This document shows, piece after piece, positions 40,216 through 53,586 of a stretch of DNA of 64,000 nt. The DNA comes from Kudoa neothunni. Its lineage: Eukaryota; Animalia; Cnidaria. The position numbers and the translations under genes were made by a program. A model generated the notes under the pieces. It was not told the origin of the DNA. It did no database searches and saw nothing but the letters and a program-made list of their open reading frames with translations. How positions within the stretch are numbered: the stretch's first letter is position 1; each line of letters starts with the position of its first letter. The stretch is from contig OZ199840.1 of the NCBI GenBank assembly GCA_964304625.1, forward strand, positions 5,383,200 to 5,447,199, written 5' to 3'.

Positions 40216-43104
40216 AAACATAATTTCGACGAATAGAAACGAATTAAACACATTATTCTATTACTATGATTTTACAACAAAGACTTTTCTTACATTCAAT
40301 TGCAATGATTGCCAATTAATTTTAATTATTAAAATATAAAATAGTACCAAATAATTCAAAACCTATAATATAGTATAATCAATACAAACGTATTTTTCCG
40401 CAATTATACAATGTAAACTTAAAAACATATTTTACATTGGAAAAATATAATAATTATTTTTACAAAAGTTGGCACAGTATTAATTATATTATATTATTAA
40501 AATATTATTTAGGAAATGGCTTAACCTAGATATTTAGTACGGATATTTTAGTTTATATATAAACTAATACAATTGGTTTGTTTATATTGTATAATTTTCT
40601 AATTTAAAAATTATTGATTAACGTTTTTAATAATTAAAATTAAACATAAAACACAATTAAAAATCAATAATCATTTGTTATATTCAAGATGGTTGATTAT
40701 ATATATATATATAAAATTTATTTTTTATTTTTAATATTTGAAAATTTTTGGAGTTAGATAAAAAAATAGGTTTGATTGTACATGTTTATATTTTGGATAA
40801 AAAAAGAGATGAAAAGTTGACGTGTTATAAAAATATTTCTTAAATCGTTTTTTTACAATTTCATTAACGGTATTTAAAACTTAAAAAAAATATTCATTAT
40901 AAAAACCTGCAAAAGTTTAAAACACCTTATAATATCTAATGGACGTGTTTTGTTGTTATGTAGAATTACATCATATCAAATTCAAAACGTAACCATGTTA
41001 GATAAAAATGTAATTGCGCCTGATCGAAACTTTACTTTATTAGAAATTAATAATTATAATTAATTATTAATTTCTCCCATATTCAAACACCATCGTTATC
41101 AAGGTTCAACATGGTTGAACGATTAAAGAATTTTTTTTGAAGGGGCTCCTAATGGATTCTCCATAATAACCTTCGTGAGTTCCTTCTAATTTTTAGATGC
41201 TTGTTTCCATACAATCCTATTCAATTTACGGAAAAACTATTTAGAACAAAAACGTAATTGCAAATATGGCTATAAATATGGAAGTTTATGACCTTTCGTC
41301 GAAACTAGTTCCATACGTTAATCTGTCTTATAGAATCTAACATGATTCATAACAAAATGGGATCTTAGGCTTAATTAATTAACGAGATCATTGAATAATT
41401 TACTGGTAAAAATTTATCTACATATAAATTCTTATGGTTGCAACAGTATGCATGTACCATAGAGAAACATTTTTTTTTAAATACATATTTTAATAGACAT
41501 TTGAATACGCTATCAATAATAAAAATAAAAATCGTTTACATTGAATTATAAATTTCATCAATATCGTTATCAGGGGTAAGGAATTTTCTGGCTGTTTACA
41601 ACAAACAGCAGATTAAAAAGTTCCTGAATAATATTGATGTTTGTTTACTTTAGAGTGATAGTAAATTAGAATGAACTTTTACCCATTATATACAAAATGA
41701 TTCCGATAATTTTATTATAGAATATACGAAATGTATTTCACATGTCGATTGAAGTTATTTTAAGACATATACCGCTATTAACGGCATATTTATATGAGTT
41801 GTTGTATTTTCTTTAAAATTAAATGCATAACCAAATTATTAGCTTAATAGATTTATTTAAAAGCTTTATGAGTATATTCAAACGAAAAAAATTGATGATC
41901 ATTTTAAATAAAACATAATTCGAGATTATAAATTCTCTATATCAAGGAATACATTGGTGGCTTTATACACATTCTAAAAACGATGTAAAATGTGTGTAGA
42001 GTTTTCCAATGATTAAGCTTTTGTTACAACTTCTTAAATGAAAACTATACTCTATCGGAATTCCTGACATGTAAAAATTTCTTTTTATCTGATCCATCGG
42101 CTGAGATTGGAACTAAATTAATCTTATAGATTTATAAATTTTCTTTCGAATTAACAGTTATAACTACTTTAATAATTTTCTACTTTTGATGAGAAAATTT
42201 TTAAGTGATGTATAAGCCTGAATATTTCCTACCTGCAGACATTAACCTAAGTAAGTATTCTAATCAATAATAAATTTTATTTAAATTAAAAATAATTCAT
42301 CATGATACAGAAGCTGTAGAAAACATGCGAAACCCAATTTTACGTGTAATTTAAGAATTTGTATCCATGATTACTTTTGTAAAAAATATAGTAAATATTC
42401 ATTACGTGCTATATACGTCAATAAGAAATTTTTAGTTTATTCGATCTAAACGATATTTTAACAAAGTTATTGTCAATCTAATAATGGTTCAATATAAAGA
42501 AATTTTCCAGGACAATCAAATGATACATTTATTTAAAGATATAAAAGTCGTTCTACAATAATGAATATAAAATTTCACGCTTACAGATAATTAAGACCTA
42601 AACAACATCATTTACAAAAATGAAAAAAAAGAGTAACACAGTATTTTTTCTGACTTACCTTAGGTCGAATTTGTTTTTTTATCGTTTTTAGATTAATGAT
42701 AAATTTTATAACTAGGAGGATTAATTTTTATCGCAAAATCTTGATAATACTTAAAACTCCTATTCAACATACTTAATGAATTTGCCTAATAAATAAATGA
42801 AACTTAATCATTAATTACATTTCTCATGAAATTATGGTTATTATATTTTGGGCCATAATTTTGCAAAATATACTTAAAAATACTCATTAATTTCTCTCAA
42901 TAATTCAATTTATATTTGCATGGATAGTGCGCGCATAATTTTATTAACCTTAATCATCACATTGAAAAAATAATGACAAACTTTAAAATTCATCAATTAA
43001 AGAAGAAAAATAAAATTTATAGGGTTTAAAGTGCCAATTAGATTAACTTTTCATTAGAATTAATCTAATTAAAAATAAAACGAAACGTTCAAATTTTCCA
43101 ACAC

Positions 43105-43138
43105 TCCGTACCAGGCAGAGCTGGGCATTAGCGTTAGT
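43105..43138 (+). mobile_element. Possible Helitron 3' end
   Basis: CCAG-GCAGAG-CTGG hairpin followed by GCATTAGCGTTAG-T (CTAG variant). Confidence 0.35.
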
Positions 43139-46100
43139 ATCAAACATACGTAGAATTACAAATTAAAATATCACATTGGAAACCATACTATTTTTGAGAT
43201 TATCACTTAAATTAATATTATTTTTAGATTGGATACATTTTAACTTTAAAAGTTTTTTTATTAATCGAACTAGCGACGATCATCTCATTAAAATCGGAAA
43301 ATCTGATTCATTTATATTAATAAAAATGTTTAGTGTGGTTTATGTTGGATAAATTGTGGTATTCTGTATGTAAAAAAGCTGATTTCTCCAAAAATAAATT
43401 AGTTTCTCGGTTATATTTTATACGTTTATCTCAATTATACCTTTTTAAGAATGTATCAATAATTATAGTATGAATTTAAAAATTAAGATTAAAATTATAC
43501 GAGTTTATTACGCACTAAATTATGTCTAGATTTTATTTTATATGGTTGTATTTTGAACTTGAAATATTGTCTAATCACTCAAAATGGATGTTATAAAGCA
43601 AACAATATAATATTCACATCTAACAATAAGGTTCTATACCTAATGAGTATAAAAATATAAAAACCTTTAACCATATTAAACTTTTAGATGGTCATAGAAG
43701 AGTGTATTCCTATTGATTCTATGTCAAAAATACACCAGCTATCTCGAAAACGATACAGTGTGTGAAGTGTAGTTCGTAAGTTGAAAAATTGTTACAGAAT
43801 TCACGCACACATAAGATTATACTATGTTATTCATTTCTCAGACCATTTAAACACATTTATTTGACTATTTAAAATATATAAAAGAGTATTTTTAAATCAA
43901 ATAATTCTGTTTTTAGAGATTATTTTGTAGTGAAGTATGGTTCGGAACTTTTCAGGCACGTTGAGATTTTTTTTCGATCATTGGCGAAATTGAGGACACA
44001 AATAAAAATTGAGTTAGAAGATTACCGGAAAAATATGAAATAATAATTTTTGAATAAAATCAGTGAAAACATGGAGCAGAAACAATATTGAAAATGACGC
44101 TAATATTAGTGATTTTATAAGTGATATTAACTGCCACATAGATCACAAGATCCATAAATATGACGAAAGAGAGTGTAAAATTATTCCATTCAAAATTGCC
44201 TCCTTCATTTGTCTGATTTATGACCTTACTTGAAATATCATGATATACATAGTTATAAATATCAAATTGATATTGAATGAGTACACAATACAATTTTCAG
44301 AAAACATAAAAATATTACTATAGCATAGTAATTTTTTTAAATATATTTTCCTATTATAGTTGATTGATATCATTTTTTCTTCCTTAGTATCACGCTCGCA
44401 ATCCTAATAATTACGAACTACCAGTCATCCACTGTACTTTGTTTCGATTAATCGTGTTAAATTATTAAAGAACTTGGTCTTAATTTCGGGGAAACAAGGC
44501 ATGTAACAATGACTCAATATTTGATGATTTAATATTTTTTTTGATCATTTTATAATACTTTTTTTGATGTTATAATGTCCACATAAATTTATTTTATTAA
44601 TCTAACCGAAAAAAATAAAAAATCTTTAAAGTATTCTTTAATTTGACCTTAAATATTTTAAAATGTGGAGTTCTTCTGTTGAAAAAAACTTTATTAATAT
44701 GCCTTGGTGCTGAAATATAATTTATTGATTAAAAAAATTACCAGTGTAACATTAATATATACTTTAATTTTTAAATCATCCTTAAAACTCATTGAGATGA
44801 TTAAGAACACAGCAATATTTTATCTTTCTAATATAGAATAGCAAATTATTGAAATAATCAGCTCATAAATAAATATATATATATATATATTAGATTTTGG
44901 GATATAATTGGAATCAGAAGTTTATTCAGTTTATGGTCGAAATTCTTTAGAGTAATTTAATTCACGCAAATTTTAACTAAATTCATGTTACCAAAATAAA
45001 TAGTGGACTACATTAAATCAAATTAAAAATATTTTCATTATTTTAAATTTGGAAATTTTATTGGAAATTTATAATTTTGTTTTTTATTCAAAAATGTGTA
45101 AAATCTCATTATATTGGTCCATAAGAGGTTCCATTAAAAGGATTAATCAGGATAAAATTGAGACACAGTGATTTATTGGCCGTGCGTAATCAAAAGGGAA
45201 ATTAAAATCATTACACACGAGCCATAATCTCACAATACACATAAAATGCATAAAACCATTGTTAATGTAAATTTTCTTAAGTCAAACTGAATTAATATGC
45301 TACTAATGTCACCAAACTTATATTTTTGGGGTTAAATTTTCCAGAAATAATCTATTTTATGTATTATTGCGATATTTCCTACGACCCATTAGTTACTGTA
45401 TTAAATAACTATGTTATAAAAATTCATTTGAATACGCTTAAACTATATTATGTAATTATTTAAATATAGGCGGATAGAAAATTCGAAAAATATGTTAATC
45501 AGATTTGAAATTTAATAAAAACTTAATTATACATTTATATAAAAGCTCTAATTTAGTTATTAATATAAAATAAATGTAAATACCATCATTCATATTAATT
45601 TATGGACGTAGTAATACACCATGTAAAGATTAAAAGCCGAGATATTTTCTTGTTATTATCTTAATTATGATAAATTAGTGCAGAATCATCAAACTGAATG
45701 CATTATTAATACGGATATTGCGTGAAGACTATCACAACTAATTTTAATGCATTCTCGAAATAATTCAATGATTCAGCGATTAACTTTATGTTTAAAATGT
45801 CTTAGATAAGAATAACGCACCTTATAATATTTCAATTATAAATTTAACAAATACCACTTTAGGAAATTGTTAAATAAAATATTATCATTACAAAATAATA
45901 CGAGAAAAGGTGATAAAGATTCTTTAATTCATGAATATTTACCTTTAAAATGAATGTAAAAATAAATATGTTTGAGGATTTATATTTTTTCTTGCATCTG
46001 TTGTTAGGTTTTATTAATAACGAATAAATATTTATTAACATTAATCAAATACAATTTATTATCTGGTAATATTAATGTATATTCTTATTATCGATATTAT

Positions 46101-46147
46101 ATATTGGAAAGAAATAATTTTATATGATAAGATAAGAATTTTTACCG

Positions 46148-46155
46148 TATAAAAG
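46148..46155 (+). promoter_or_regulatory. Candidate TATA box of family gene 7
   Basis: TATAAAAG starting 53 nt upstream of ATG 46201. Confidence 0.5.
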
Positions 46156-46200
46156 TTGCTCAACTTCTCAATAATAATCGTTAATTATATATTTGAAAAC

Positions 46201-47075
46201 ATGAGTTTTACAATATTATTCGCTCTAGTGTTTCTCTGTATGATTTTACGTTTTCAGTTCATAAAATGTTTTTAGATTCAACTCAGTTTAGACACTTAGT
46301 TGCACACTATGTAGAACTTATTCAAAAAATATATATTTCAAATGATGTTCACTTTAGAAAGTGACGCCAAATGCAGACCGACAAACCAGAACCACTGTGG
46401 ACATACTATCCACCCAAAAATTAATTATGAACGATTTTGAAAAGGTAATTATATAAATAATCCAATACCAACATTTTGTTTCTAGAAAGAGGTACTTTAT
46501 TTGGCCTTGGGTGATTCTGAGGAATTTTACAACAACTACCCGCTTGAAAAAGAACTCTGTGAAAAGTATTTCGAATGTGATAATAATAACCGTATGAATC
46601 ATTAAATCATATTTTAAATGTGAATAATCATTATTTTAGTTGTTTCATTAAAAGATAAAATACAATGTCTTCCTTGCATCGTATTTTATTCATTAATTTC
46701 TCAGTTTAATTTTAACTTAGATAATTATGTACATATTTTTTCGTGACAATATTAGAGAAAATTATTGCTTTAATTATCAAGTATGATATTTTATATTAGT
46801 TATATATTCCGATTATTAGTGATGAATAGATAATAATCTCATTTTTAAGGAAAAATTGCAATTACTTTCAGTTGCAAAAATCATATGTAAATTAGCAGAT
46901 AATTGTACTCCAAATCAAGTGACATCATGTCAACGTAATCCACAAATAAATTTATTGCGATAATACTATCGAAATATAGAGAATTAAGATATAATTTATT
47001 TAACCAATATTTCATTTAGCTCCAAACTATGCCGAATCAAGTGATCAACATTACATCCCACCAGATTACCTTTGA
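46201..47075 (+). CDS. Secreted 6-Cys family protein, gene 7; 8 exons, 168 aa (alternative tail frame ends at 47136)
   Basis: MSFTILFALVFLYSTQFRHLVAHY/KVTPNADRQTRTTVDILSTQKLIMNDFEK/KEVLYLALGDSEEFYNNYPLEKELCEKYFECDNNN/LVSLKDKIQCLPCI/IIMYIFFRDNIRENYCFNYQ/EKLQLLSVAKIICKLADNCTPNQVTSCQ/PPNYAESSDQHYIPPDYL*. Confidence 0.85.
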
Positions 47076-47234
47076 AGCTCTAAAAATCAAATTATCACTA
47101 CATTATATACCTGATTGTGAGTGGAACGTGATTTAAAAAAAATAATTTTGGTTAGATTAGTTACATCAACATAGATTGATGATACATTCCTATTATTACT
47201 TTCCAACATTTTTAGCATAATCTTTAAGCTTTAA

Positions 47235-49750
47235 CCCTCTAAATTCGCCAAAAAACCACCCCCGGAGGTCTTTTGGGGTCAATTTGACCCCAGATTATTA
47301 TTTGCTAAACTAATTACAAAAATTGTTACCAATTCAATTTTCCGATATTTTCGATTTCTATCAACTAGTTTTTCAGTAAAACAATGTGAAACATAAAAAT
47401 TAATCCTGTTAAATCTTTTACATAATTATTCGTAAGCTGTTAGGAAATGATCGTACATGTAAGTCACTGTTTAATAGCTAATTTATTGTTTAAAATAATA
47501 ATTTGGTGTCAATTTCTGGGTAAAATATTTTTTATTTTAACTTTAGGTAAACAATAACTTAATACATACCCGGAAATAACAATTCTTATTTATTTTCACT
47601 TTGGCCGTAATACTTTTTCAGTTGGTTTTTTATCCCAAATTTTAATTCTCACCTCGTGTTAAACTCTAACTAAACAAATGTCGATGAGTGATTACAGCGA
47701 ATTCAACGGTGAATTAGAATCATCAGGAAGCGAGCCTGACGACTGCTTTTTGGATTCATCCAATTCAATGGAGACAACAGTATTCACAAGCTCAAATCTT
47801 AGTAAATCAGGAATTGCATGGGACCCCCAAAATACCTCAAACAAAACGCACTTCGGCGGAAAACATTTTGAACTCCCCTCCTGGTCCTACCGCATATTGT
47901 TACCAACAGATTCACAATATTTTGGACAGTTTTTCCATATTTTTTTCAGAAACTATCTGTAAAAAAATATTCAATTGCACAAATCTGTTTGGGAAACATT
48001 ATTTGAAGGATGACTGGATAGATATGGATTCTGTCGAATTGAACGGTTATTTGGGGATCCTCATTCTATTAGCTCTACACAAGGATCGTGAAGAGCCATT
48101 ATCTGAATTATTCAGTCTATCAGAAGGTAGGGAGGTATACCGAAATATTTTTTCGAAGACGCGCTTTAAACAAATCACAAGGTGTCTCCTTTTTGACAAT
48201 TATTCTACAAGGGCGGAAAGGAAACAAATGGATAATTTTTGTCCTATACGAGAATTATGGGAAATTTGGTCAAGGGAACTTCCGAAGTATTTTTCGACGA
48301 ATGAGGATATGACAATCGATGAACAGTTAATTGCGTTTAGAGGGAGGTGTCCCTTCAAATAGTATATGCTCCTCGAACCAGAAAAATACGGCATCAAATT
48401 TTTTCTAGCTGTTGATCCGATTGAAAAGTATATCATTAATATCTTACCGTACCTCGGGAAAAATAATAACTCAAACCAACGCAATACAAGAGTTGGAGAA
48501 AATATTGTGTTATCACTGTCGGAACCTTTGTTCAATTCTGGGAGGAATATCGTTGCTGACAACTTTTTTTCCTCGGTTTGCCTTGCGTCTAAACTGTTGG
48601 AAAAACGATTAACATATCTTGGAATTGTGAGGCACAATAAGAGGGAGCTCCCTCCATGTGTTCTTTCGTCTAAAAATAGAAGTCTTTTCAGCACCACATT
48701 TGTATTTTTCCAAAAGAACATGCTCACATCTTATGTGAATTAAAAGAATAAGAGTGTTATAATTTTGTCTACGGGAACTAATAATGTAAAAATTATGAAT
48801 GATTCTCATAAAAAAACCCTGAAATTATCACATATTACAACAAAACCAAAGGAGGAGTCGACACTGTCGATCGTATGTTGGCGTCGGTTTCGACACGTCG
48901 ATTCACTCGTAGGCGGCCAATGATCGTATTTTTCAATATGATAGATTTGTCACTTATAAATGCGTTCTCATTACATAAAATAATTTTCAATTGCAAATTT
49001 AAAAGACGTCGTATATTTTTAAAAGAAATCGCACAAGCTCTCTAACAACCTCTCATATATCGTAATTTACAGAAGGGGAAAATTGTCAAAGCAAAATCAC
49101 CCCATTTAAGGACTCCAACCAACACTTTTCAAATCGCCGAAAAAAGACGTCGATGTGAATATTGTCCTCGAGAAATCGATAAAAAAACTCAAACCAAATG
49201 CTCCTGTTGCAATAAATACTATTGCTCAATTCATTCATCAAAGAAATGTAAGAATTGTTAAATTAGTTAGATACTCCGAATAAAATTTTACAAATTTATA
49301 TAGTTGTTTTTTTGCGTGAGGAATATTTAATATTCAATCTATCAACTGAAATATTATACGCGAAGTGTTATTGTTTGTACGATAATTTGCGAAGTGGATC
49401 CGATACTATTAGTAAGGTATTAACACAGATTAAATGTAATATTAATCACTATTTTACCAAAAAATGAGTCGATAGAATTCGAAATAAACACGTCTCCACT
49501 TTCAAAAAAATTTTTATAATAATACCGTAAAATAAAAACTTGAGGTCAATTTGACCCCAAAAGTCCTTCGAAGATAAAAATTTTTTACATAATATTATTG
49601 TGATTATTTTTCCCCTAATTTTATCATTGAATACTGTACACAAATTTAGGAAAATAGATAAGAAATCGAGAAATTTTAAAAAGTACACAAAGAGTAATAT
49701 TGATTTTAATTTTACTTTGGGGTTAAATTGACCCCAAAGTCCTCGGAGGG
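47235..49750 (+). mobile_element. piggyBac DNA transposon, element PB3 (best preserved)
   Basis: TTAA TSD at 47231-47234 and 49751-49754. CCCTC...GAGGG termini. Palindrome GGGGTCAATTTGACCCC at ~47275, with variants at ~49542 and ~49719. Confidence 0.92.
47678..49261 (+). pseudogene. piggyBac transposase pseudogene
   Basis: FSKTRFKQITRCLLFD, TIDEQLIAFRGRCPFK*Y, KYGIKFF, GRNIVADNFFSS, YNKTKGGVDTVD and the Cys-rich end RRCEYC...CSCC...CSIH...CKNC*. A few stops and frameshifts. Confidence 0.93.
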
Positions 49751-50375
49751 TTAAATAATAACATAAAATAATTTTTTTGTTATAAATGAAATATTAATTA
49801 CTAGTGTTATGAGTAATTCATTATAAAAAATAATAATCATTGAAATTCCTTAGTTATATCGTTTTATTCCAATAAGAAAAATTTAATGAGAGTAAATTTT
49901 TTGAGTTTTCATATGTATTCTGAAGTATCGATTTGAATTTGTTATATTTGGAAATAATTTTTATCTCTATCCAGGTTGTTTAAAATAATTTACATACTTT
50001 ATTTTATAATTTATTGTGTAATGATATATTGACGAAAACATAATTTAAATTTGCAAACAAATTTTTAATTACCTTTTCAAATATTTTGTTTAATCGTATT
50101 AATTAATATTTTAACTTAATGCTTAAATCAATGATCCCAACGTGGAGCGTGAAATATTTTGGAGGGCGTGGAAATTTTCGAATGTGTAACGAACCTCTCT
50201 GATGGGATGCGGAAAATCTGAGTATTGGTGTGACAATGATGATGATGGCATAATTAGAAATTGTGGTATACCATAAAGTCAGCATTATGATTTTCCAATT
50301 TTCTTATTTTAAGGTGGTAGTTAATATCATAAAAATACAAATAGTAATGTCTAATTATATCGTAGTTAATATTAA

Positions 50376-51391
50376 CTAGTATGAACTACCCAGCATCAAA
50401 CGGGATTTTGAACATTTTATCATAGAAGGTAACGTTAAAAAAATATTTAAATATAAGGATCTTTCAATTAATCCTGAAGAGAGATTAAGTAAATCCTTTT
50501 ATATATATATATATATATATAACATTTAACGACTGTAATGGGCACGGCAAAAATTTGAGATCATTTTAGAGAGATAATGAAAGTAGCGAAATCTGAATAA
50601 CTCTATAATAACGTATGATAATTATTTTTTATTGCTAAAATTATTATCTTTCTCACAACGTATTTTTATACATTCTCTCCTTAACCATGTCGTGTATCCT
50701 CTTAATATAATAAAATATGTTAAATAATTAAATAAAGTAAGATTTTAATCTGTAAATTAACTTGTGTCGCTTAAATTAAGTCTAACGACCTCTATAATGA
50801 AATTTGGTGACCTAGTTTCAGAATGTAAGGAATGATTACATTAGATTACAATATACACATTCAATACTTCATTAATTACGCAAATTTGCGTATTTTCGTT
50901 ATATTAAATACCACCTATAGAACTTTTAGAGCCAATTTATCGAGTCAAATATATTATAATTTCCAAAGACAGGAGTGTATTTAATCACACATCCAAATGG
51001 TCATATTTACTTTAAATGTACAGATGGAAAAACGATATCAGCTCTATATTGAAATCGTGTATATATAGCGTTAGATTGATCCACTAAAAACGTTAAAAAC
51101 AACTTGTAGGAGTTCTGTAAAATAAATTCCGCTATTAATTATCAGATATAACCATATTATTGTATTCACGTAATCGGTTTAACAAACCTAAAATCGTGCA
51201 CAAACACAATTTCCTACATTAATTTCGAATTTTAATCAGTGAAACATAAAAATGAAAGAATTTTCAAATTGTCTTATTAAAAGTTACATTAATATCTATC
51301 TAATAGGAAAGATTTTACATACTTGAGTACTTAGGAGAAAACATAAATGAACACTACTACTCTTATATATATATATATATAGATAGATAGA
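50376..51391 (-). mobile_element. Non-autonomous Helitron (~1 kb)
   Basis: Minus strand begins TCTATCTATCTATATATA... and ends ...CCCGTTTGATGCTGGGTAGTTCATACTAG-T. The 3' end is homologous to 36934 and the 5' end to ~61030-61110. Confidence 0.55.
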
Positions 51392-52489
51392 TAAATGAGC
51401 ATTTACCGTGTATTCACCCCAATAGAATTAGAATGGTTTGAATATCAAAATTTTCTCATCTAGAATTATATATTCTCATTCTTAGATTAACCAGATATAA
51501 CATTGATTAATTTACTATTTATAATATTCATTTTCGGTCCATTACCTCATTATAAACGAAAGTGGTTCATAGTGAAGGTTAAATTACCGAGAATTTTATT
51601 TGACCTTATTTTAGACCGAATGAAGAACTAAACATGTTAATTATTATGCTCCATAAATAAATTAAGTTAGATCTAATCAAATACATTCTATTTTAATGAG
51701 AAAAAAAGTATACATTAATTTCTCTAAAACTTTAATGTGATATGGTGTTTTATTCAAATTTACTTACAGTTTATGTTCAAAAATCAATACTTTTGAAAAT
51801 GATGGAGCGACAGAGAATAAAGGTTAAGAAATACTGGATAAAATATTTCTGTTTATATCAATTTTTCCAAAGTTTATGTAAAAAATTTTTAATGTAATAG
51901 AAATAAAATTAAGGTCGATAAAATTTAGACACACAAAAAACTTGATATTTAATAAAAAAAGTATAAAAATTTTCAAAAATAGAATATTAACAAAATTATT
52001 TACATAATAATTGTATTATATTAGTTCATAATTATTTTTTTCACTGAAGAAAATATTAAAGTTATGTTTGATCAGAAGCTTTTTTGTTGTTTTATCGTAG
52101 AATGTATATATAAAAATAATGCTACTTGTAACCGGTTTATTCATATATTATACATAATTTTGAAAAATTTTAGATCAACTAATTAATAAATGATATTATA
52201 TTGTAATATTCATTAATCAATTCAACGACTGTAAATAAAATATTTTTTGTATATAAGAATTATACGATTATAATTTAATTTATTCATAAAAAAATTAGGT
52301 TTACTTTAATTGTTAAGGAATCGGATCTGAATTGGTTTTTATCTGACTATATAATATTAAAGATTCATATTATAATTGGAATTTTTTAATCAAACACGAC
52401 TATTTTAGAGCATAACTCGACACAACACATACAGCGAAAAAAGGCCAATAAATTTATCAAAAATAATCATTAATGATTCTAAATATAGT

Positions 52490-53586
52490 TTATTCTAATA
52501 TTATCTCCCGTTGAGACCACTCAGAAAGATAGCCTAACATTTTACGATAGAAACTATCGCAGTGATTAGGAATGATTTCTTGATAACATTCAGATATTGC
52601 CATCCTCAGTTCGTTTTCATTTTTGCTCTGCCTTCTTAAACTAAATTTTTCCAGACTGAAAATACATTTTCAATGGGATTCAAGAAAGGTGAATAAGTGG
52701 GAGCAAAAATTTAATATTTAAATTTTCTTCTAAAATCACGGTTTCGAGACCTTTGTAATGGTGTATTCTAGCATTGTCCATAACGAATACCGGGTTTTCT
52801 ATCCTCTTTTCCGTACAAGCGTATTTTAATTCGATGAAGCAATGTTTAAATTCTTCACCAGTGATAGCTTTGTCGTGAAACTTGTGGTAAACAATGGAAT
52901 TTTTTTGATAGCAGAAACCACAGAAATGTTTCTGCTCCTGGTGGCATTGACGAAGGCGTAAGTAGATGTGCCTCTTAGCGACCTACCTCGCTTTGGTCTG
53001 TTAACGACTGCAAAGCTAACTTCATCTAAAAAGATTATGCTTTCGTGTCGCACCGATATTTCCAAATTGCGAAACATGTCGGCGTATTCTTTCTTCTTTT
53101 CCAGGGTGGATTCGCAATTTCTCCTTTCGAGCACAGTCACTAAAGTTATGAGTGTGTGGTAAAATTCACCAATCATTTGATCTATGGTGCTAATAGACAC
53201 GATTTAATTGAATTCATCCAAAACCATTTGTTTGAGCTCCTTTAGCGATAACATGGAGTTTTCGTCCATCGATGAAATATTTTTCTCTTTCTGTTCTAAT
53301 GATAAAATAGAGCGTTTTTCGCCTTCTCTAGGTTTCGGTTAGATGCCTCCTGTCTTTTGGAACTTCGAAGTTATTGTGGTCACGGTTGACCTTGGTAACT
53401 TAATTTGGGAGGCAATCGCAGTAGTACTCATTCCCAAAAGAATAAGCCCATGTATTTGCTCCTTTTACTCATGGAAATCGTCGTCCTTTGTTTCCGTTTC
53501 TGCTTCGATTCTTGAACAAGAAAAGTTTCATGTTCACAGGAATCTGAATCGGACAAGCTCTCATTATTACTGTGGTGGCTATCCAT
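52490..53586 (-). pseudogene. IS630-Tc1-mariner (DDE_3, approx. DD34E) transposase pseudogene
   Basis: HTH region MSTTAIASQIKLPRSTVTTI, IIFLDEVSF, VFVMDNARIHH and PTYSPFLNPIENVFSVWK, with stops and frameshifts. TIRs not confidently found. Confidence 0.88.

Noticed and set aside
41090-41400. Possible reverse-transcriptase remnant on the minus strand
   Set aside because: No intact YxDD or other diagnostic motif could be read.
43690-44520. Possible tenth family copy or other spliced gene
   Set aside because: It has some exon-like blocks with AG boundaries, but no CxxC or Cx5C frame and no consistent open spliced frame could be built.
48200-48727. 175-aa antisense ORF, and similar antisense ORFs at 3170-3573, 23911-24198 and 26739-27023
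   Set aside because: These are shadows on the opposite strand of transposase or Kunitz coding sequence, with no independent features.
50130-50300. Tc1-like transposase fragment (PTWSVKYFGGRG)
   Set aside because: Only a faint resemblance to the PTVKHGGG motif, too short and degenerate to call.
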